In this document: one piece after another, positions 9,601-16,932 of the stretch
Layout of the letters: each line of letters opens with the position of its first letter
How positions within the stretch are numbered: the stretch's first letter is position 1
From: an uncultured archaeon
Lineage (GTDB): Archaea > Asgardarchaeota > Thorarchaeia > Thorarchaeales > Thorarchaeaceae
Direction of reading: 5' to 3'
Length of the DNA: 20,858 nt
Assembly (NCBI GenBank): GCA_964631415.1
Contig: CAZVZC010000036.1
Coordinates: 1-20,858, forward strand
Position numbers and translations under genes: made by a program
The notes under the pieces: model-generated
What the model was told of the DNA's origin: nothing
Database searches by the model: none
The model's input: only the letters and a program-made list of their open reading frames with translations

Positions 9601-11010
9601 ACCATCAACATGGACTCCTAGTCCATTTGCGCCAGTAGTGTAGCTTCCTATGATGGAGGGATTGGCTGAATCACTGATATTGATGACCTGCAACCCACGG
9701 AACTCACTGGAGCCACATGCAACATAGGCACAGTGTCCTGACACATAGACATCACGACACCAACCCCATGTTGTCACGTTTCCTACGTGCTTTGGGGACT
9801 CAGGATCAGTTACATTAACGATTACTAGCCGTCCTGTGTCCGCCACATAAGCGTAGCTTCCCGAGATGAAGACATCCCAGACAATGTAGCTTGGCGTGAC
9901 GTAGGTTCCTGCCGTTGTGGGAGGTGTTGGATCACTTATGGCTACGATATTGATATACCCGGACACCTCGTCTACCACATATGCATATCCTCCAGATACG
10001 CAGACAACGTCAGAATGGCCTTCACCCCAAGATTCGGCTTGGACGATCTTGAGAGGATTGCTGATGTCGATGACCACTAGCTTCTTCAGCCAGCTAGCTA
10101 GGTATGCATAGTGACCATCAATCTGCAAGTCCCAGATGCGCTCTGTCAGATAGAGTCCACCTACAGCATGAGGGTTATGAGGGTCACTCACATCCTTCAC
10201 ATCCACGGATTCAGCATCGCCGGCAACCAATACATACATACCAAAGGCGGCAATCGCTCTATGGTTTCCGTCAGTTGGCGTGGAGGAAACTATCGCTGGA
10301 TGGACAGGGTCAGTAACATTCACGATTCGTACGTAGAAGGCCTCGGCCACATAGGCATAATCGCCTGAAACACACACCGATTGAAAACCCCAGAAGGGTT
10401 CATCAACGGGTACAGTCGAAACCAGAACTGGTTTTGATGGATCCGTTATGTTCACAATCCGAAGGCCTGCAGTGCCACTTGCACAGTATGCATAGTTCCC
10501 TGAGACACTTAGGCGACCTCCACCAGATGCCCCGTTAGGAAGAAGAACGGGGTTTGTCGGGTCTGTCAGATCCACTACTCTGAGGGTGGAACCGGCGGCA
10601 TACTTCGTTGCCTCGGAAACATAGGCAAAATCACCTTCCACGCAGATGAATCCACTCACAGGGGCACTGCCTAGAGGCGTTGGATGAACAGGATCAGTTA
10701 TGTTCAGGACATGAAAACTCCCGTCAGTGACATACATGTACTCGCCTTCGATGGCTATGTCAACAACCACACCCGCAAAGGAGTAACTCCCCTCCAACGT
10801 AGGTTCTCGGGGCGGAAGTTTCACACTTCCAGACCCCCAACCCGTCGCATTCGTTTGCATTACATCCATGAAGGTTGTTGTTGTGAAATCCTCTGCAAAA
10901 AAGCTGGTTTCCGCATTGACAGGACTTGGCATTAGAAGAAGCCCGAAGACCGCTATGAAAACGGCAACCAGCCTCAGACTGCCAACGTCTTTACAAGAAC
11001 GCCCTACCAT
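6700..11010 (-). CDS. Large membrane-anchored cell-surface protein: signal peptide, 14 LVIVD repeats, FN3/Ig-like domain, 6 Ig/cadherin-like repeats, Thr-rich linker, C-terminal TM anchor
   Basis: The ORF is open from 11079. ATG at 11010 (after GGGAG) gives a signal peptide ending in PVNA. It contains repeated GxYAYVA...GLxIVNITDPxxP units, the segment PTFEWSEVSGASGYLLQID...WYWRV, and a C-terminal TTTETTTGTPTG followed by a hydrophobic helix and RRSK. Confidence 0.92.
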   Translation of the reverse strand: MVGRSCKDVGSLRLVAVFIAVFGLLLMPSPVNAETSFFAEDFTTTTFMDVMQTNATGWGSGSVKLPPREPTLEGSYSFAGVVVDIAIEGEYMYVTDGSFHVLNITDPVHPTPLGSAPVSGFICVEGDFAYVSEATKYAAGSTLRVVDLTDPTNPVLLPNGASGGGRLSVSGNYAYCASGTAGLRIVNITDPSKPVLVSTVPVDEPFWGFQSVCVSGDYAYVAEAFYVRIVNVTDPVHPAIVSSTPTDGNHRAIAAFGMYVLVAGDAESVDVKDVSDPHNPHAVGGLYLTERIWDLQIDGHYAYLASWLKKLVVIDISNPLKIVQAESWGEGHSDVVCVSGGYAYVVDEVSGYINIVAISDPTPPTTAGTYVTPSYIVWDVFISGSYAYVADTGRLVIVNVTDPESPKHVGNVTTWGWCRDVYVSGHCAYVACGSSEFRGLQVINISDSANPSIIGSYTTGANGLGVHVDGDYAYMADDWAGLLVFNIVNPSLPSLVATCPTGGLAYSVFIDGNHAYVACHGGGLAVVNITDPSKPNLLKVYDTPGNADGVFVSGDVAYVADGNTGLIILSISNPADPTYLATHSTPSPAWGIDVSGGLAYVGQNSGSSGYAYLDVVNVTDPANPTLYARTGLSCNSIYGICVDGEYAYVADYGFGLRIAEVRRSRHRQFEALAVAQSTTVFNGPESSSLSHATLDWTGTEPAGCAITFSLSPDNGLHWETVLSGVRHDFVYSGRQLVWKSVLTNADHLRTPVLSQLSISLTTVLDPPLLLTPSDSILTNDSTPTFEWSEVSGASGYLLQIDRTSSFDSVDLLNVTVTGATSHTLVTPLPDGTWYWRVATNDTGGDLGKFSSTRQMSIDATAPTFDQVPVNLMIEFGAAFRYDLNASDSSGIDMWWLNGTSYWHVDGTGIVTNSSLVPEGVYGLRIFVNDTAGNQLHADIQIDVVTGAPPIWVQTPTNQIVELGDPLIYDLNATDFSGIDTWWLNDTLRFSIDHSGVITNATMITTGQYGLQVRVNDTIGYEQAATFFVRVSDTVAPHWIIPPVDQVCDVSSILHYELSASDLSGLHKWWLNDTAHFDISDDGVVTSLAVMPVGIYGLQVWVNDTIGNTLTAAFTVVVHDILPPAWVEVPENQVVEFGSEFRYDLNATDPSGAVDWWVNDTVHFAIDNAGVIINITDLSVNVYGLEVRVNDSYDHCTIALFEVSVQDTSPPTWVIVPLDMVAEFGERLSYGFHAYDLSGLLSIWINDTVHFEVYGVIDLTGFHYAITNATPLQVGEYGLEVRIYDFYDNYCAATITIVVEDTTPPGWLVQPVDKTLSYGVSLDYHLEAFDLSGVVLWLINDTVHFAISSSGHLTNATTLSSGRYGVTVTASDPYGNTLTGVFAIRVSVTTTETTTGTPTGTDMSLAALALSAGVVAVVVVIVVLLRRSKSLLKSEAP
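6853..8439 (-). repeat. Six tandem ~87-aa Ig/cadherin-like repeats
   Basis: Consensus DTxPPxWxxxPxdQxxEfGxxxxYDLxAxDxSGxxxWWlNDTxxFxIxxxGxITNxTxLxxGxYGLxVxVNDxxGN. Repeat 5 carries a ~7-aa insertion. Confidence 0.9.
9022..10800 (-). repeat. 14 LVIVD repeats (probably two 7-bladed beta-propellers)
   Basis: Counted by eye: 14 units of ~40-47 aa, from TLEGSYSFAG to GFGLRIAEVRR. Confidence 0.8.
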
Positions 11011-11286
11011 TACAGTTGAATCTCCCAAGCGACCATCTGGAAAGCTGCAGTCATTGGCAATTGCTGGTTCGAGTGCCATGAGTATCTAGGTCTTAATGGA
11101 ATCAAGTTTCCCAGTTGCTAATCATAGAATTGCCGATTTGTCTTAAACTTGTTGTCCTCTGGCCGGTCCCCTGAGCACTGTGTGCCATTCGTGATGACAA
11201 GAAAGCAGCGACCGCACCCATATGCACCCATGAACCATGCCAAGCTAACATCAAGAACGATTATACCGGAATCTCCGCCCAGCTTC

Positions 11287-11841
11287 TCATCTTCGTAGTT
11301 CTTTGATGTCTTCGCCAGAGAGCTTCAACCTGAACACGTGTTCGAACTTGTCGAGCTTGGGTCGAATCACATAGCGGCAGTAGGCCTGGTTGGGGCTTCG
11401 ACGATAGTATTTCTGGTGATACTCTTCTGCAGGATAGAACCTCGTGAATGATCTAATCTCTGTCACGATTGGCTTCTTCCAGACACCGCTGGCATTGACT
11501 CTCGCCTTTGCGGCCTCAGCAGTCCTTCTCTGTTCTTCATTATGGTAGAAGATCACAGAGCGATACTGAGTGCCGATGTCGTCGCCCTGACGGTTCAGAG
11601 TCGTTGGGTCATGGACTGTGAAGAAGACCTCCAGCAGTTCATCGTACGTTATCTGTTGGGGGTCGTATTCGATCTGGCAGACCTCGGCGTGACCTGTCGC
11701 GCCTGTGGACACCTGCTCGTACGAGGGGTTCTCAAGCTGCCCGCCTGAGTATCCCGAAACCACAGAGGTGACACCCCTTAGCTGCTGGAATACGGCCTCT
11801 GTACACCAGAAGCAGCCTGTACCGAATGTGGCGAGTTCCAT
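11287..11841 (-). CDS. msrA: Peptide-methionine (S)-S-oxide reductase MsrA
   Basis: Motifs GCFWC, GYSGG, PSYEQV..G.TGHAE, HDPTTLNRQGDDIGTQYRS and AEEYHQKYY. GGAGG lies upstream of the ATG. Confidence 0.97.
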   Translation of the reverse strand: MELATFGTGCFWCTEAVFQQLRGVTSVVSGYSGGQLENPSYEQVSTGATGHAEVCQIEYDPQQITYDELLEVFFTVHDPTTLNRQGDDIGTQYRSVIFYHNEEQRRTAEAAKARVNASGVWKKPIVTEIRSFTRFYPAEEYHQKYYRRSPNQAYCRYVIRPKLDKFEHVFRLKLSGEDIKELRR

Positions 11842-12013
11842 ACCTCTACTCCTCCCGAGCGTTATTCAATGATTGGAAAGAGGAATTCTTGGGCGACTCA
11901 TGATTCAGCCACCAAGCAAGAGCATTACACTCCCCTTCTGGGGTACACAATGGATCTCCGGTTTCTCATGGGTCGCGAGAGTTCTTGGGTGCAATCATCT
12001 GGTCGAGAAACCT

Positions 12014-13351
12014 TCAGAGCATTGACGACAGAGTATCCGATGCACAGTCTGGCTCGAATACGAAGGGGTTGAATCCTCGACCGATGACTCCTCTGATCTC
12101 TTCAATACGAGCCTTCTTGACCTCATCACTGTACAACCACTTATGTTCCGGTTTTGGAGTCACGCCGAGTTCGTCACACTTCTTGACAATGTCCTTCACA
12201 GTCTGATAGGTTTCCTGACGCGTCTTTCCTTCGGGTTTGATCTCATTAGAGTGCATCAAGAGTCCGTATGCAGGGCTGTTGTCGCCCAAGTACCACTTGC
12301 TCGGAGCATGTCCGTACTTCGCGAAAGGTGCGAACCCATGGCCCATTAGAAGTGATTCAATCTCGTCGATTGTGTGCTGCAGATTTGCCAGGTTTTCATC
12401 ATGAAACCCATAATCCTCGAACAGAGATATCTGCATTCCAGTATTGGGATTCCGCTTTGCCATCTTGATTCTGAAGTCCTTCAAATGCTCAAGTCTTGCT
12501 TTCTCAAGGCGTCTGATGTGGGGGTCAAAGAGCTCCAGTTCGAAATCCTCGGGAAACTCCATCATCAACAATGGGGGTTTTAGATCTTCCCGGATATCCT
12601 TGTGGGCCAACACAATTGCTTCACTGTACTTCACAGGACATTTCGTTTCTATCATCTGCAGGATGAACTTGCCAAGAGCATCATAGTCATCAAACTCGAC
12701 GATGGCACCCACCAAAGACTCGTTGGACTCAGGTTTGACGGCCAATCTCAACTCCGTGATGAAACCCATTGTGCCATGGGAACATGCCACGTCATGAATA
12801 GTGACCTTCTTCTTGTTTAGTCGGTCCTCGAGCTCTGCGTCCTTGCTCTTCACGCCCTTCCTATCAACGGTCAGACGACTCCCATCATAGAGGACCATCT
12901 TCACGCGGATCGTGTTATCCCGCATCGTGCCGTTGACCCAGGCATCATTCCCACCGCCATCTGTGCTCAGGAGCCCGCCAACCGTGGCGATGTCTCTGCT
13001 GCTCGGAGTCATGTGGAAACGCATTCCCATTGGCTGGAGAAACTCGTTGATCTTGTCGGGTGTGACTCCGGGCTGAACATCAATATAACCCCGGTCCTTG
13101 GAAACTCTCAGGATCTTCTTCATCTGAAGACTGCTTATCATGACTCGTTCTTCGTTTCCACCGGTGCAAGCACCGCTGAGACCCGAGCCACCTCCCTTAG
13201 GAGTCACGCTGAATCCATTCGCCTTTGCGTGTGCTACAGTGGCTACTACTTCCTGTTCGGTCTTCGGATAATATACGCCCTTGATTCTGTCAAGATTGAG
13301 CCTGTAGTACATGCTGGCATTGGCCCCAATCGCAACATCTCTAATTCGCAA
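12014..13351 (-). CDS. FAD-binding oxidoreductase, VAO/PCMH family (GlcD / D-2-hydroxyacid dehydrogenase-like, divergent)
   Basis: FAD_binding_4 motifs PKTEQEV...TPKGGGSGLSGA, PSSRDIATVGGLLSTDGGG and SHGTMGFITE, plus C-terminal YGH...MH...PEH. The start codon is TTG. Confidence 0.85.
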   Translation of the reverse strand: MRIRDVAIGANASMYYRLNLDRIKGVYYPKTEQEVVATVAHAKANGFSVTPKGGGSGLSGACTGGNEERVMISSLQMKKILRVSKDRGYIDVQPGVTPDKINEFLQPMGMRFHMTPSSRDIATVGGLLSTDGGGNDAWVNGTMRDNTIRVKMVLYDGSRLTVDRKGVKSKDAELEDRLNKKKVTIHDVACSHGTMGFITELRLAVKPESNESLVGAIVEFDDYDALGKFILQMIETKCPVKYSEAIVLAHKDIREDLKPPLLMMEFPEDFELELFDPHIRRLEKARLEHLKDFRIKMAKRNPNTGMQISLFEDYGFHDENLANLQHTIDEIESLLMGHGFAPFAKYGHAPSKWYLGDNSPAYGLLMHSNEIKPEGKTRQETYQTVKDIVKKCDELGVTPKPEHKWLYSDEVKKARIEEIRGVIGRGFNPFVFEPDCASDTLSSML

Positions 13352-13614
13352 CCACTTGACGCCTCCGTCGAGTGAGATTCACAGTGACTCAACGTTGCTA
13401 CTCATGGCAGGCAACTATGTCTCTCAATGAAACTAGCAGAGTAGCCTGTCCGAAAGGCCGAGTTCTTAATAATATAGTGTTCAAACAAGGATTAACCATT
13501 GTAGAGATGATACATATAGCGGTCTGCGTACATTCAACAATCCCCTATCTCCCTTAATTCGCAACATCCCGAAAGTGATTAATACTACTTATAGTGGTCG
13601 CCACATGATAGAAT

Positions 13615-14928
13615 ATGGTAACCAAAGAAGAGGTTCTCAAGAAAGACAAGAAGTACTGCCTCCACGGCTGGGGTTACTCTCCCATCGTGCTGGTAGAAGG
13701 ACACGGCGCAATCATCAAGGATATCGATGGCAAGGAATACATCGATGCCCTTGGGCAGACAGCTGGAGTACTTGGAATTGGACACTCCCATCCGAAGTAT
13801 GTCAAGGCTGTTCAGGAGCAAGTGGCGAAGATCTCCCACACGTTGACAATGTTCACGAACGCTCCGCGGGCTGAGCTAGCCAAAAGACTGTCAGACATTG
13901 CCCCAGGAACGATGAAGGGCAAAGCAATGTCCTATTTCGCGTGCGGTGGAACGGAAGCCAACGAAGGTGCTCTGAAACTCGCCATGCAAATAACAGGAAG
14001 ACATGAGGCCATCTCAGTTCACTATTCCTACCATGGTGGCTCCCTTGCTATGATGAGCCTTTTGGGTCAATCATACATAACAGGGGGGTATCCAAGGTTC
14101 CCGGGATTCAGCCAAATCCCGAATGCATACTGCTACCGATGCGAATTTGGACAGACCTACCCAGGCTGCGACTTCGAGTGTGCAAGAGCTCTGGAAAAGC
14201 AAGTCAAGTATGGAGCCAGCAAGGATGGTGTGGCCGCCTTCATACTAGAACCAATTCAGGGCAATGGTGGACATCAGTGCCCTCCAAGCGGCGAGTACTT
14301 CAAGATCATCAGGGAAACATGTGACAAGTACGGTATCATGTTCATAGCTGATGAGATTCAGACAGGAATGGGACGAACCGGTAAGATGTGGGCATGTGAT
14401 TACTACGGTGTGACACCAGATATCTTCACAACCGCGAAAGCACTAGGCGGTGGGCTGCCCATCTCTGCGACCGTCATAAAGGCTGATCTTGTCCCAGAGG
14501 ATCTGCTGCAGAAGCAGTGGCACATATTCACCTTCGGAGGAGGTCCGGTGCTATGTGCAGCTGGAAATGCAGTTCTTGATGTCATGCAGGAAGAGAAGCT
14601 TGAACAGAAAGCCGCAAGACAAGGCGCAAGGATGACCAAGCGCCTCAAGGAGATGGAAAACGAGCACCCACTGATAGGCGAGGTCCGAGGACCAGGACTG
14701 TTCATAGGAGTGGAGTTGGTCAAGGACAAGAAGACAAAGGAACCCGCGATTGAGGAGGCAGGAAAGGTCTTTGCCATGTGCCTCGACCGTGGCGTCTTCT
14801 TTGGCGTTTCGAACATCGGTGGCGTTGGCAACATCATAAAGATCAAACCACCTCTCGCAATCCCCGACGATCAGGCTGACAAGTGCCTAGACGTGCTTGG
14901 AGATGTCCTCACGGAAATCGAGAAGTAA
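13615..14928 (+). CDS. Class III PLP-dependent aminotransferase-family protein (GabT/AGXT2-like; substrate uncertain)
   Basis: Motifs DIDGKEYID, GGTEANEGALKLA, SYHG, EPIQGNGG, FIADEIQTGMGRTG, PDIFTTAKALGGG (PLP Lys), TFGG, GEVRGPGL and KIKPPL. Confidence 0.95.
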   Translation: MVTKEEVLKKDKKYCLHGWGYSPIVLVEGHGAIIKDIDGKEYIDALGQTAGVLGIGHSHPKYVKAVQEQVAKISHTLTMFTNAPRAELAKRLSDIAPGTMKGKAMSYFACGGTEANEGALKLAMQITGRHEAISVHYSYHGGSLAMMSLLGQSYITGGYPRFPGFSQIPNAYCYRCEFGQTYPGCDFECARALEKQVKYGASKDGVAAFILEPIQGNGGHQCPPSGEYFKIIRETCDKYGIMFIADEIQTGMGRTGKMWACDYYGVTPDIFTTAKALGGGLPISATVIKADLVPEDLLQKQWHIFTFGGGPVLCAAGNAVLDVMQEEKLEQKAARQGARMTKRLKEMENEHPLIGEVRGPGLFIGVELVKDKKTKEPAIEEAGKVFAMCLDRGVFFGVSNIGGVGNIIKIKPPLAIPDDQADKCLDVLGDVLTEIEK

Positions 14929-14962
14929 ACAAGAAGGAGAACTTCAAACCCTTTCTAGCGGA

Positions 14963-15008
14963 AGGAAGGTGGTCAAGCCCATATCTTGGCCACCCTCCTA
15001 CTTCTTTT
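14963..15008 (+). terminator. Stem-loop plus T-rich tract downstream of the aminotransferase
   Basis: AGGAAGGTGGTCAAG-cccatat-CTTGGCCACCCTCCT forms a 15-bp stem with one mismatch and one G-U, followed by acttcttttgt. Confidence 0.7.
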
Positions 15009-15091
15009 GTGGCGGAATAGATCCCTGTTCCCTATTGTCCCGAACTGTGTTCCTCTTGAAAGGAAAAGCCGTCAGGCAGCATTGGCATAGA

Positions 15092-15371
15092 CACAGAGCA
15101 ACTGAAGAACAGCGCCGACCCACTGACAATGCGACCCGGGCGGCAAGGTCTGCCATCAAAACACATCACTGGTCCAGACCTTTCCAGAGTTTTTCGAGTC
15201 GATGACGAGTTAAGCAATCGGTTGTATCTTCTTGAGTCCAGTAAACCCGTGCTTACTAGTTAAAGAGGTATATGAAAAGAAACTCCACGGGATAGCATAA
15301 TACTTAAGTAATCGGCGAAGTTCCGCAACGTTCTAGGTATGAACTTGGCCGAAACCGTAAGTAAACAGTAT
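15092..15371 (+). repeat. Copy 1 of a ~280-bp duplicated upstream/promoter region plus the first codons of the permease
   Basis: Colinear with 19688..19966. The core block 15162-15198 matches 19757-19793 at 32/37 positions. Confidence 0.85.
15296..15310 (+). promoter_or_regulatory. Putative archaeal TATA-box region (CATAATACTTAAGTA) of the permease operon
   Basis: AT-rich element conserved in both duplicate copies (CATAATRCTTAAGT), starting 49 nt before the conserved TTG in each. Confidence 0.55.
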
Positions 15372-16931
15372 GGACTATGGCAGAATGTCCTGCTAGGCCT
15401 GGCTTTCATGGCGCCAGCGCTTTCTTTCTTAGCAACATTCAGCCTAGTGCTAGCGGCCGGCTTTTCCTGGGTATCAATCCCACTGGATTATCTTATTGCA
15501 GGAATTGCAGCTACTATCACAGCCATCAGTTTTGGAGAACTTGTAAAGGCCTATCCGAAGGCGGGTAGCATTTGGAGCTTTGCGGACGAAACAGTAGGGC
15601 CGAAGTTTGGGCAGCTTTCAGTCTGGGTGTACCTACTAGAACTGATTGTTGCTCCGGCTGCAGCCCTCATCCCCGTTGGCTTCTTCACAAGCTACTGGCT
15701 CGGGATATCGCCTTGGATTGTCGTTCTGGTCTTTACAATAGTAGTGATGCTCCTTGCTCTCTCTGGCAAAGTATTGAGCATCAGGACAATCGGGATTCTC
15801 TTCCTTGTTGAGATGGGTATCCTCCTTGTGTTCGCCGGGACTTCGATTGCGTGGTCCTTGGCTTCTGGCAGTTACGCAGTAATAGCGACAATAGCTTGGA
15901 CGCCTGAGGGGTCCCTCTTTGGATTCGCAGGTATAATGATTGGAGCAACTGTCGCAATCTTCTCATACATCGGATATGAATCGTCAGCGACGATGTCTGA
16001 GGAAACCGTAGAACCAGCCAGAAACATTCCGAGAGCGATTGTCCTTTCAGCTGCGATTGGCACACTCATCTATGCGTTCCTTGCATGGGCATTTGTATTG
16101 ATTATCCCAACTAGGGGATTGTTCACACTGTTCAACTTCATTAACCCAATCCCCTACATGGCTGAAGTCATCATGGGATGGGGATTGGCGAATGTCATCA
16201 ACCTGGCGGGCATACTGGCTGGCGTGACATCCGCGCTGGCATCAGTGACCGCATCAAGCCGCGTACTGCAGAAGCTGGGTCAGGACGGGATTCTTCCACG
16301 TTCCTTCAACAAGACTCAGACAAAGTATGCTTCACCAGTTGTGGCTATTCTGTTTGTTTCTCTCGTGACTCTGGTCTTGGGCGAATTCACACCATGGGAA
16401 GTCATCGTATATGTCATCGCCACAGGTGCAATACCAGCGTTCATCATAACCAATCTCCTGTCTTTCTGGCACTACCGAAAGGCGGGATGGGGATTCAAGA
16501 ACGTACTAGTCCATGGACTGGTACCTCTCGCTGGCATCATTCTGTGCTCTTGGTTCGCGCTAGTTGGGTTGTCTATTCGCATGCATTGGGTGCTCATCAT
16601 TTGGCTTGTTCTCGGAGCATTCCTAGTGTTCGTTAATGCGTGCTTCAGGCCGCAGGTGTTTTCGAGGAAGACCGCTGAAGCTGGATCCAAACCCAAAGCT
16701 ACTCTGACGTCTTGGCTGGGGTTGTTGATATCCATTGTTGCCCTAATCGTCGTCATAGTAGGATTCGGTTTCTGGTACAACTACTTCAGTGGCGTCATCT
16801 TGTGGTGGCACATACTCGCCCCATATGCTACGGTCGATATGGTGGCCGCAGGTGTGTCATTAGCTTTCATCGGACTGATTGTCGTAGCATTTGGATATAG
16901 CTTCTTCAAGGGAAGGAAGGAGGCTCAATGA
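15339..16931 (+). CDS. APC family amino acid/polyamine permease with two extra C-terminal TM helices
   Basis: Motifs GLAFMAPA (TM1), FGELVKAYPKAGSIWSF, AIFSYIGYESSATMSEETVEPARNIPRAI and SRVLQKLGQDGILPRSF. The start is ATG 15339 or TTG 15345. Confidence 0.93.
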   Translation: MNLAETVSKQYGLWQNVLLGLAFMAPALSFLATFSLVLAAGFSWVSIPLDYLIAGIAATITAISFGELVKAYPKAGSIWSFADETVGPKFGQLSVWVYLLELIVAPAAALIPVGFFTSYWLGISPWIVVLVFTIVVMLLALSGKVLSIRTIGILFLVEMGILLVFAGTSIAWSLASGSYAVIATIAWTPEGSLFGFAGIMIGATVAIFSYIGYESSATMSEETVEPARNIPRAIVLSAAIGTLIYAFLAWAFVLIIPTRGLFTLFNFINPIPYMAEVIMGWGLANVINLAGILAGVTSALASVTASSRVLQKLGQDGILPRSFNKTQTKYASPVVAILFVSLVTLVLGEFTPWEVIVYVIATGAIPAFIITNLLSFWHYRKAGWGFKNVLVHGLVPLAGIILCSWFALVGLSIRMHWVLIIWLVLGAFLVFVNACFRPQVFSRKTAEAGSKPKATLTSWLGLLISIVALIVVIVGFGFWYNYFSGVILWWHILAPYATVDMVAAGVSLAFIGLIVVAFGYSFFKGRKEAQ

Positions 16932-16932
16932 G

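Noticed and set aside
11287-12016. Selenoprotein MsrA or a SECIS element (ATGA...AA...GA patterns nearby)
   Set aside because: The MsrA active site uses TGC/TGT Cys codons, no in-frame TGA interrupts a conserved domain, and the putative SECIS helix 2 does not pair.
15147-15180. Box C/D sRNA or kink-turn (GUGAUG...UUGA on the minus strand)
   Set aside because: The box D-like element is not preserved in the duplicate copy and the bulge geometry is non-canonical.
15090-15263. Duplicated upstream region as a small coding sequence (TEQLKNS...GLP vs TEQLRKS...GLP, with several synonymous-looking changes)
   Set aside because: There is no shared start codon, and copy 2 has a stop and a 1-nt indel. 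At most it is an unidentifiable remnant.
16891-16932. ORF-track N-terminal extension of the secreted hydrolase
   Set aside because: It overlaps the permease. ATG 16933 has GGAGG upstream and places the signal peptide at the N-terminus.
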